This document shows, in pieces, positions 55,122 through 62,761 of a stretch of 64,000 nt of DNA. A program made the translations under genes and the position numbers. The notes under the pieces were generated by a model that ran no database searches, had not been told where the DNA came from, and saw nothing but the letters and a program-made list of their open reading frames with translations. Position 1 is the stretch's first letter, and each line of letters begins with the position of its first letter. The stretch spans positions 54,354 to 118,353 of the forward strand of contig JAFEBP010000010.1 of the NCBI GenBank assembly GCA_018242605.1. The letters run 5' to 3'. The DNA comes from Planctomycetota bacterium (GTDB lineage Bacteria > Planctomycetota > Phycisphaerae > Phycisphaerales > UBA1924).

Positions 55122-55127
55122 TACCCT
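55122..55127 (+). promoter_or_regulatory. -10-like box (TACCCT) 11 nt upstream of mutS ATG
   Basis: Recurrent TAnnnT-spacer-start pattern. Confidence 0.4.
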
Positions 55128-55138
55128 TTTCTCCCTCA

Positions 55139-57856
55139 ATGGCCGACCCCCGAGAAACCCCGGCGATGCAGCAGTACTACCGCTTCAAGCGGGCCCACCC
55201 GGGGTGCGTACTGCTCTTTCGCATCGGCGATTTCTACGAGATGTTCGACGATGACGCGGTGAAGGTCAGCAAGGCCATCGGGCTCACGCTCACCGCCCGC
55301 ACGGAGGGCATGCCCATGTGCGGGCTGCCGTTCCATCAGTTGGAGCCGTACCTCAAGAAACTGCTGAACGCGGGTTTCCGCGTCGCCGTGTGCGAACAGC
55401 TGGCGGACGCGACGCAGGTGAAGGGCCTGGTGCCGCGGGGCGTGACGCGGGTTGTCACTCCCGGCACCGCCGTGGACGAGACCCTGCTCGAGGGCGACGC
55501 CGTGGGCACGCTGGGGTGCGTGCTCTTCACGGGCAACGGCGAGGACTCCCCCGCTTCCATCGCGGTGGTCGAGGTCTCCACGGGCGACTTCACGGTGTGC
55601 GACTGCGGGCCGGCGGAACTGATCGACGAACTCGCTCGCCGCGGCGTGCGGGAACTGCTCTTTTCCGACCCCGGCGACGGTTCGTCCCCGCCACGCGTGA
55701 AGCGGTTGCTCGCGGCGCTGAGCATCTCCGCAACGCCCCGTCCCGCCTGGCAGTTCCGCAAGGCAGAGGCGGTGCAGGCGCTGCGCGAGCACTTCGGCGT
55801 CTCCACGCTCGCCGGCTTCGGCCTGGGCGAGGACGAACCGGCCGCGCACGCCGCGGGTGCGGTGATCCGGTATCTCAAGGAAACCCAGACGCTCAGCGAA
55901 GAAGACGCCAAGCTCGTCTCTAATTTCGTGGCGGTGCGTGCCACGCTGCGGCACCTGCGCCCGCCCCGCCGGGAAGACCCCAGCCGCGTCTGCGTCATCG
56001 ACGCCGTGAGCCTGCGTTCGCTGGAGATCGAACGGACCATCCGCGGCGGCGGATTCGACGGTTCGCTGCTGGGCGTGTTCATTTCCGGCGGCGTGTGCCG
56101 CACCGCGATGGGAAAGCGGCTCCTGCGGGAGTGGCTCTGCCGGCCGTTGCGTGACCTTACGCAGATCGAAGCCCGGCAACGGTGCGTGAGCGCGTTCGTG
56201 CAGGGGCGGGCGTTGGCGGAGCGTGCCGCGAACGCGATGGAAAAAATTCAGGACATCGCCCGCATCGCCGGGCGCGTGGCGATGGGGCGCTGCACGCCGC
56301 GTGATCTGGTGGGGCTGGCGACTTCTCTGAAAGCCGCGGCGGAACTCGCGGGCACGCTCGCGGGCGCCGAGGCGTTTGCGGTGATGCACGCCAACCTGAC
56401 CGCGGCGTGCGGACAGACCGGGGCGCTCGCCGACGCGATCACCCGCGGGTGCGTCGAGAATCCTCCGCCGCACCTGCGCGAGGGAGGCGTCTTCCGCGAC
56501 GGGTTCGACGCGGAACTGGATGAATGCCGCGGGCTGCAGCGTGATGCGGGCGCGTGGCTCGCCGAGTACCAGCAGCGACTCATCGCGACGCACAACCTGC
56601 CGAGCCTGAAGGTGGGGTACAACTCAGTCTTTGGTTATTACATCGAACTGCCCACGGCGCAGTCACGCCAGGCCCCGCCGGAACTGGTGCGCAAGCAGAC
56701 GCTCAAGAACGCCGAACGCTACACCACGCCCGAACTGCGCGAGTACGAGGGCAAGGTGATGAACGCCCAGGCCCGGGCGATGGAGCGGGAGCGGGTGCTC
56801 TTTGCCGACCTGTGCGAACAGGCCGCTTCCAACATCTCGCACATCGCGTCTGTGGCAGACACGGTCGCGGCGATCGACGCGTTGAGCGGGATGGCGGAGA
56901 AATCCTTCCGCCGGGGCTGGCGCACGCCACGGATGGTGGACGAGCCGACCCTGAGCATCGAGGGTGGTCGCCACCCGGTGCTGGATGAGTCACTGGGCAG
57001 CGGCTTTGTTCCCAACGACGTGGAACTCGGGGGCGCCGCGGCGGGGCTGGCGCTCATCACGGGCCCCAACATGGCGGGCAAGAGCACGTTCATCCGTCAG
57101 ACGGCGCTCATCGCGCTGCTGGCGCACGCGGGGAGCGACGTGCCCGCCGACCGGGCCACCGTGGGCATCATCGACCGGATTTTCACCCGCATCGGCGCCG
57201 ATGATGCGCTGCACGCGGGTCAATCCACGTTCATGGTGGAGATGATCGAGACCGCGAACATCCTGAACCACGCCAGCGCGAGCAGCCTGGTCGTGCTGGA
57301 CGAGGTCGGCCGCGGCACCAGCACGCTCGACGGCCTGAGCCTGGCGTGGGCCATCGTCGAGCACCTCGCCCGCGCGGATTCGAAGGACAAGGGCCCGCGG
57401 ACCCTGTTCGCCACGCACTACCACGAACTGACCGACCTTGAGGATCGATTCACCGACCGCGTCAAGAACCTGCACGTCGCCGTGCGTGAGTGGCCGGCGG
57501 GTGACGGGCACGCCGAGATTGTCTTCCTGCACCGCATCCTCCCCGGCCGCACCGATCAGAGCTACGGCCTGCACGTGGCGAGACTGGCGGGCATGCCCGC
57601 GGGCGTCGTATCGCGGGCACGTGAGGTCCTGGCGGGCCTGGCCGTGCACCACGCCGGGGCCAGCGTCGCGGGCAACATCGCCCCGCCCACGCCGGTAGAA
57701 CCCAAGGGCCAGTTGTCCCTGTTCACCGAGTATGTCCAGCACCCCGCCGTCGACGCCGTGCGGGAAATGCGCATCGAAACGCTCTCTCCGATGCAGGCCT
57801 TCGACTCGCTGCGTCGGCTGAAGGAAATGGTGGAAGCCACCAACGGCGCCAGATGA
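55139..57856 (+). CDS. mutS: DNA mismatch repair protein MutS
   Basis: TPAMQQYYRFKRAHPGCVLLFRIGDFYEMF, Walker A GPNMAGKST, and DEVGRGTST. ATG 55139 is preferred; the track ORF from 54254 is an upstream in-frame extension. Confidence 0.94.
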   Translation: MADPRETPAMQQYYRFKRAHPGCVLLFRIGDFYEMFDDDAVKVSKAIGLTLTARTEGMPMCGLPFHQLEPYLKKLLNAGFRVAVCEQLADATQVKGLVPRGVTRVVTPGTAVDETLLEGDAVGTLGCVLFTGNGEDSPASIAVVEVSTGDFTVCDCGPAELIDELARRGVRELLFSDPGDGSSPPRVKRLLAALSISATPRPAWQFRKAEAVQALREHFGVSTLAGFGLGEDEPAAHAAGAVIRYLKETQTLSEEDAKLVSNFVAVRATLRHLRPPRREDPSRVCVIDAVSLRSLEIERTIRGGGFDGSLLGVFISGGVCRTAMGKRLLREWLCRPLRDLTQIEARQRCVSAFVQGRALAERAANAMEKIQDIARIAGRVAMGRCTPRDLVGLATSLKAAAELAGTLAGAEAFAVMHANLTAACGQTGALADAITRGCVENPPPHLREGGVFRDGFDAELDECRGLQRDAGAWLAEYQQRLIATHNLPSLKVGYNSVFGYYIELPTAQSRQAPPELVRKQTLKNAERYTTPELREYEGKVMNAQARAMERERVLFADLCEQAASNISHIASVADTVAAIDALSGMAEKSFRRGWRTPRMVDEPTLSIEGGRHPVLDESLGSGFVPNDVELGGAAAGLALITGPNMAGKSTFIRQTALIALLAHAGSDVPADRATVGIIDRIFTRIGADDALHAGQSTFMVEMIETANILNHASASSLVVLDEVGRGTSTLDGLSLAWAIVEHLARADSKDKGPRTLFATHYHELTDLEDRFTDRVKNLHVAVREWPAGDGHAEIVFLHRILPGRTDQSYGLHVARLAGMPAGVVSRAREVLAGLAVHHAGASVAGNIAPPTPVEPKGQLSLFTEYVQHPAVDAVREMRIETLSPMQAFDSLRRLKEMVEATNGAR

Positions 57857-58458
57857 ACTGTTCACACGCACCCAGCACACACGCTCGCTTCGCCGCGCTG
57901 ATTGCGGCGGGCTTGTCCGTGGCCGCGTGCGAGCAGCACGTGGTGAGCTACAACGGCCTGCTTTCGGGCCTGCCCAACTCGCAGCAGAGCTTGCCGCTGA
58001 AGCGCAACTTGGGGGACTACAAGGACCCTACCCGGGTCTCGGAGAGCAGCCTTGTCGTTGAGGACAAGACCAAAGAGAAAAAGCTCGTGGCACGCACGGG
58101 CCGGCACCTGATGATCCACATTTACAACACGGTGGACGAGGGCGATTCCGATCTGTTCGTGCGCGAGGTGCTTTCCTCCGGCACGAAACAGGCCATTGTG
58201 CTCGACGGTCGCAGCCCCACCGATTATTTCAACCTCCTACGTTCGCACCAGCGCGATCTTCAGGCGCTGTTCTCCGCCATGCCCATGGGCGAGAACACGC
58301 CGGGCATGTTCATGCGGCCGGTCGGCAACGGCGTGCAGCGTGTCCGCGTGGACGGCATCGCCGCAAAGAATCTTTACTGGGATGGCTTCGACATGGTGAT
58401 GGAAGGCGGCAACTGGAAACTGGTGGGCTTCACCGGCGGCGAACGCTGGCAGAAGTGA
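57853..58458 (+). CDS. Lipoprotein of unknown function, start overlapping the mutS stop
   Basis: ATGA overlap at 57853-57856. The lipobox is LSVAAC. Confidence 0.6.
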   Translation: MNCSHAPSTHARFAALIAAGLSVAACEQHVVSYNGLLSGLPNSQQSLPLKRNLGDYKDPTRVSESSLVVEDKTKEKKLVARTGRHLMIHIYNTVDEGDSDLFVREVLSSGTKQAIVLDGRSPTDYFNLLRSHQRDLQALFSAMPMGENTPGMFMRPVGNGVQRVRVDGIAAKNLYWDGFDMVMEGGNWKLVGFTGGERWQK

Positions 58459-58464
58459 GCCGCG

Positions 58465-59061
58465 TTATTCCGTCGCGCCTGGGTTCGCCAGCCGCTCGTA
58501 CAGCCATGCCTTGGCATATTCCCAGTCACGCTTGGCTGTGCGCGACGAGATCCCAAGCAGTTCGGCCACCGCGTCGAAAGACAGGCCCGCGAAGTATCGC
58601 AGGTTCACCACGCGTGCGAGCCGTTCGTCCTCTTGCTCGAGTTCCTGGAGAGCGGCGTCGAGGGCCTCCCAATCCATCATTTCCGGGTCGCCCGAGCCGG
58701 TGAGCGCTGCGGATTCGTGGAGTTCCACGCGATCTCGGCCGCCGCCGCGTTTGGGCCCTGCGTAAGCGCGGGCACGCTCGATCAGAATGCGTCGCATCGC
58801 GATCGCCGCGGCCGAGAAGAAGTGGTTCCGGCCCGACCACTTGGGGTCTCCACCCTCGCCCCCCACCAGGCGCATGTACGCGTCGTGCACCAATGCGGTG
58901 GCCTGCAGTGTCTGCCCGGGTTTTTCATGGCTCAGCCGAGCGCGGGCGAGGGCTCGCAGTTCGTCGTAGACCAAGGGCAAGAGCGCGGCCGCGGCGTGCG
59001 CATCGCCCTTGGCCGCGGCGTCTATCAACGTTGTGGCGTTGTGCTGTGGTTGGTCGTGCAT
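58465..59061 (-). CDS. ECF-type RNA polymerase sigma factor (TIGR02999-like family)
   Basis: LLPLVYDELRALARARL...TLQATALVHDAYMRL (region 2). The region 4 HTH is LRYFAGLSFDAVAELLGISSRTAKRDWEYAKAWL. ATG 59061 is preferred. Confidence 0.85.
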   Translation of the reverse strand: MHDQPQHNATTLIDAAAKGDAHAAAALLPLVYDELRALARARLSHEKPGQTLQATALVHDAYMRLVGGEGGDPKWSGRNHFFSAAAIAMRRILIERARAYAGPKRGGGRDRVELHESAALTGSGDPEMMDWEALDAALQELEQEDERLARVVNLRYFAGLSFDAVAELLGISSRTAKRDWEYAKAWLYERLANPGATE

Positions 59062-59615
59062 GTCCTGTTGGCGTGTTACACCCGTCGAAGATGATAGTGC
59101 GGCCTGATAAACCGGGCGTTGTGCCGGGTCCGCGGCCCACACCTTCTCTAGAGATAGGCCGCACGGAAAACGTTTCGCAAGCTGTGTCACTGGGGCTCCG
59201 CCTTTCTCGCACTGCTAGTGTCGGTCGCCGCGGGCCGTGACAACAGTCCGCGGCGTCAACGGTCGGTCATACAAGAGATGCCTGACCCGACATGTGCCGT
59301 CATCCGCTGATTGCCGGAGCAATCAGAATCGCAATGACGGCAACTGGAAGAACACCCATCCCGATGTGACTGCCGGCGGGCATCGGGCATCGAAACTCCG
59401 CCGGCCTGAATGGCTGAGGGTGTCAAAAACGACACTCGCAGTCGGAACGAACGCCCCGCCCGCAACGGCGCCCATCATCACGATTTCCGCGAAGTCCGGT
59501 TAGCCTACCGCGGCCTGCACTTCGCATTGGATGTCGTTCGGGCGGGGCCATCTGCTTGGAATGTGCGCCCACACGCATGTTCCGAGCCGCGCAACCGGTG
59601 CGCTCGCAACGCACC

Positions 59616-60263
59616 ATGGAGTACCGCATGAAGATGCAGACAGTTTGTGCCGCGCTCGTCGCGGCGGCCCTTTCGCAGGCGGCGTCCGCGGACGTGACCA
59701 CGCACCGGATCGACTTCTTCCCCGACATTCCGGGCACGTACACCAACCAGCTCCGCTTCATCGGCCCGCAGGAAGGCCGCATCGTCGGCGTCCGCGTCTA
59801 CATGGATTTCACCACGCAGCACGGGTACGACGCGTCGACGATCAACTTCCTCTTCGTCGCTCCGGTGCCCAACTCGCCCAACAACGGCTTCTTCCAGATC
59901 ACCGGCGACCAGTTGGGCTGGAGCGGCGAAGGTCAGTTCGTGGCCGAATACCAGACCAACGCACTCGACGGCGACATCGTCGGCGGGCTGTGGGTCTGGG
60001 ACCTGGGCAGCACCAACGACCCACCGTCTTACTCCGGCGTCTTCAGCGAGGACAGCCGCGTCGAGGTGGATATCGAGACGGCGGGCGGCACTCCGTGCCC
60101 CGCGGACTTTAACCAGGATGGCGGCATCGACGGCGCGGACGTCGAGGCGTTCTTCACGGCGTGGCAGGATTCGGCGCCGCAGAGCGATGTGAACCAGGAC
60201 GGCGGAGTTGACGGCTCGGACGTTGAAGTCTTCTTCAACGCCTGGGAAGCGGGCGGCTGCTGA
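59616..60263 (+). CDS. Secreted protein with C-terminal tandem EF-hand/dockerin-like module ending GGC
   Basis: The signal peptide is MKMQTVCAALVAAALSQAASA. The tail is CPADFNQDGGIDGADVEAFFTAWQ...DVNQDGGVDGSDVEVFFNAWEAGGC. Confidence 0.7.
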   Translation: MEYRMKMQTVCAALVAAALSQAASADVTTHRIDFFPDIPGTYTNQLRFIGPQEGRIVGVRVYMDFTTQHGYDASTINFLFVAPVPNSPNNGFFQITGDQLGWSGEGQFVAEYQTNALDGDIVGGLWVWDLGSTNDPPSYSGVFSEDSRVEVDIETAGGTPCPADFNQDGGIDGADVEAFFTAWQDSAPQSDVNQDGGVDGSDVEVFFNAWEAGGC

Positions 60264-60314
60264 GCGCGGCCGACCTTGATCGGTTTCTAGTTATTTCCTG
60301 ATGCCCTCCCTACG

Positions 60315-60355
60315 GCGCCGCCGCCGCGACACGTGTCGCGCGGCGGTGCTTTTTT
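60315..60355 (+). terminator. Rho-independent terminator
   Basis: A long GC-rich hairpin centred on the palindrome CGCGACACGTGTCGCG pairs 60315-60332 with 60333-60349 and has one bulged C. TTTTTT follows. Confidence 0.75.
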
Positions 60356-60431
60356 CATTACTCCCTCTCCCGGACTAGAATTAGTTGGGTTATTCGGCCT
60401 ACTCACTCGCGACTATTCCAAAGGCAGGTAC

Positions 60432-62651
60432 ATGGTGCCCCCAGTCAGAACTCAACGAGCATCGTGGCTTGCATGCTGCGTGGGGATTTCGCTGGCCGCC
60501 AACATCGCGGCGGCCCAATGCGCCGATTGGTCGGTCGGAGTCCTGGGCGAAATACCCGGGGTGGATGGCAGCGTTGTCGATGCCGTGAATTGGGATCCCG
60601 ACGGAGCCGGACCGTCCGAACCTTGGCTGGTAGTAGTCGGCGGATTTCGATGGGCGGGGCTCGCCCCTGCCGTTAATGTTGCCGCGTGGGATGGTGTCGC
60701 GTGGAGGGCGTTGGCAGGTGGCGTTGGCGGCGGCGCGACCGGCGGTTACGCGACTTCGGTCGCGGTGTTTGACGGCGATCTCATCGTCGGCGGCACGTTT
60801 ACGACCGCCGGGGGCGTCACGGCTAAGGGCCTTGCCCGATGGAACGGCAACACTTGGAGCGAGTTCGCCGGCGGTGTCCGCACGGCGAACGCCGTCAGCC
60901 CGGGAACGGTCGTTTCGATGACGGTCGACACCGATGGAAGCCTTGTCGTCGCCGGAGAATTCGCGTTCGCGGGCGATATCGCCGCGCCGGCCATCGCTCG
61001 CTGGCACGGTGCGTGGACGGCGTTTCCAAGCCCCGGGGGCCTCCCAACCCGGACGCCGACCGGGGTCATATCGACGTCTAGCGGGCTGTTCTGCGCCGGA
61101 GATTTCGCCGACCTTTCCAAGCTGAACCGCTGGCACAACAACGCATGGGAACCACTCTGGTCGCAATCCGCGATCGAGTTGTATGGTTGGTGGCCGGATT
61201 CGCAGGGCGGTTTGTTCTTGGCCGAACGCCAGCGACTCATCGGATTGATGTACTCGTATTACGCGTCCTTGTGGACCTCGACGGGATGGGCCACGATCAA
61301 CTTTGGATACCCCGGCGACTTCCTGACTGCATTCGGGGAGTTTGGCGGCATCCGCCTGTTCGCCTATACCAATGCTCCCAGCGGCTCGACGCCGGAATGG
61401 GGAATCTCCGCTCAAGGCGCCCCCGCCTCCGGGCTCACGATCTATCCGGTCGGTAAGTTCGTTCAGTGGCGGGGCCGTCCGGTGGCCATCGGGCAACTCA
61501 CGCATATCGACAATCGAAGCACATCGCACATCGCGGTGCTGTCAGATTCGGGTCGTTGGGAGTCCCTGGGGGGCGGTGGTGTCGGCGGAGTTTCAAGGCT
61601 TGCCGCGAACGATCAGACGATTCTGGTGACCCGCACGCACGAGATGGGCCGGTACGCCCGTTTTTTCGGAATCACCGACGTACTGCGGAACGGTGTCTGG
61701 CGGCACATTGAAACTGCGCCCGACTTCTTCACGTTTTCTTCTGCCGTTGTCGGCAACAACGCGTACGTCACAGGCACGGCGGCGAGCGGCACGAGGCTGT
61801 ATCGTGAGGTATCGGGTGCCTGGGCGCCGGTTCCGCTCAACATCTCTACGCCGCTGAGCCTCTTCGCCGTGGGAGATGATCTGCTCGTTCAGGCCTACTC
61901 CGCGAATCCACAGACGGCGCGTCTGGCGCTCATCAGCGGTGGTGTCGAGAGGGATATTTCGGCTGGGCTCGGCGGCAACGTCAATGCGGCGGCGCTCTAC
62001 AGGGGCGACATCGTCGTCGCGGGCGATTTCACGTCCGCGAACGGCGCTCCGGTTGATCACGTCGCGCGTTGGAACGGCACCGCTTGGGAGCCCATCGGCG
62101 CCGGTCTGCCCCGCGCCATCGTCGCGGTCTCGGCAAGCGATGATGAGCTCTTCGCGGCCGCGGCTGGCCCTTTGACCGTTTGGCGATGGAACGGCGCGAG
62201 TTGGGTAGAGACCGACACCGGTGTGGCGGACCCTGCGCAATCGGCGTGGACGCAGTTGACGACCGTCGGCGGCACAACTTGTTTGCTCCACGGAATCCGC
62301 GCTGCACCTCACTCGCAACTGCGGGCCTGGAATGGTTCGTCCTGGGAGCCGCTCGCGATACCCACGGGCATCGCGGCAACTACGTTCGCCGCCAACGGCA
62401 ACCGTCTCATCCTCGGGGGCGCTGCGCTGGAGTTGCTGGGCCAACCATCCAGCGGCCTTGTCGCTTACGGCCCGATCGCCCCGTCCTGCCCCTCAGATGT
62501 TGATTGCAGCGGCGGGGTTGACGGCTCGGATGTCGGCGCGTTCTTCTCTCTTTGGGAAGCCTCGAATAACCGCGCAGACTTCAACCACGATGGCGGCATC
62601 GACGGCGCCGACGTCGAGAGTTTCTTCCTCGTGTGGCAATCGGGCTGTTGA
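60432..62651 (+). CDS. Large secreted repeat (beta-propeller-like) protein with C-terminal EF-hand/dockerin-like module ending SGC
   Basis: The signal peptide is ASWLACCVGISLAANIAAA. Recurrent motifs are ARWNG..W and VAAWDG..W. The tail is CPSDVDCSGGVDGSDVGAFFSLWE...DFNHDGGIDGADVESFFLVWQSGC. Confidence 0.75.
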   Translation: MVPPVRTQRASWLACCVGISLAANIAAAQCADWSVGVLGEIPGVDGSVVDAVNWDPDGAGPSEPWLVVVGGFRWAGLAPAVNVAAWDGVAWRALAGGVGGGATGGYATSVAVFDGDLIVGGTFTTAGGVTAKGLARWNGNTWSEFAGGVRTANAVSPGTVVSMTVDTDGSLVVAGEFAFAGDIAAPAIARWHGAWTAFPSPGGLPTRTPTGVISTSSGLFCAGDFADLSKLNRWHNNAWEPLWSQSAIELYGWWPDSQGGLFLAERQRLIGLMYSYYASLWTSTGWATINFGYPGDFLTAFGEFGGIRLFAYTNAPSGSTPEWGISAQGAPASGLTIYPVGKFVQWRGRPVAIGQLTHIDNRSTSHIAVLSDSGRWESLGGGGVGGVSRLAANDQTILVTRTHEMGRYARFFGITDVLRNGVWRHIETAPDFFTFSSAVVGNNAYVTGTAASGTRLYREVSGAWAPVPLNISTPLSLFAVGDDLLVQAYSANPQTARLALISGGVERDISAGLGGNVNAAALYRGDIVVAGDFTSANGAPVDHVARWNGTAWEPIGAGLPRAIVAVSASDDELFAAAAGPLTVWRWNGASWVETDTGVADPAQSAWTQLTTVGGTTCLLHGIRAAPHSQLRAWNGSSWEPLAIPTGIAATTFAANGNRLILGGAALELLGQPSSGLVAYGPIAPSCPSDVDCSGGVDGSDVGAFFSLWEASNNRADFNHDGGIDGADVESFFLVWQSGC

Positions 62652-62749
62652 TCGTCCCTCTTCACGCTTCGACTCTGAGCAATCAGACTCATTCGCTGGT
62701 CTCTTGAGACGCACGCGGGACTCATTGCAACGCGCCGACACCCCCTTCC

Positions 62750-62755
62750 CTACAC
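62750..62755 (+). promoter_or_regulatory. -10-like box (TACACT) 6 nt upstream of GTG 62762
   Basis: Recurrent TAnnnT-spacer-start pattern. Confidence 0.35.
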
Positions 62756-62761
62756 TTTGCC

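Noticed and set aside
54254-55138. N-terminal 295-aa extension of the mutS ORF in the track.
   Set aside because: It overlaps the well-supported lipoprotein gene on the other strand. The MutS homology begins at ATG 55139 (MADPRETPAMQQYY), which also has a TACCCT box 11 nt upstream.
59310-59400. Tiny hydrophobic ORF on the minus strand (MPAGSHIGMGVLPVAVIAILIAPAISG) in the 554-bp gap between the ECF sigma gene and the dockerin-tailed gene.
   Set aside because: It has no SD, no -10 box and no conservation evidence available, and it is too short to distinguish from chance.
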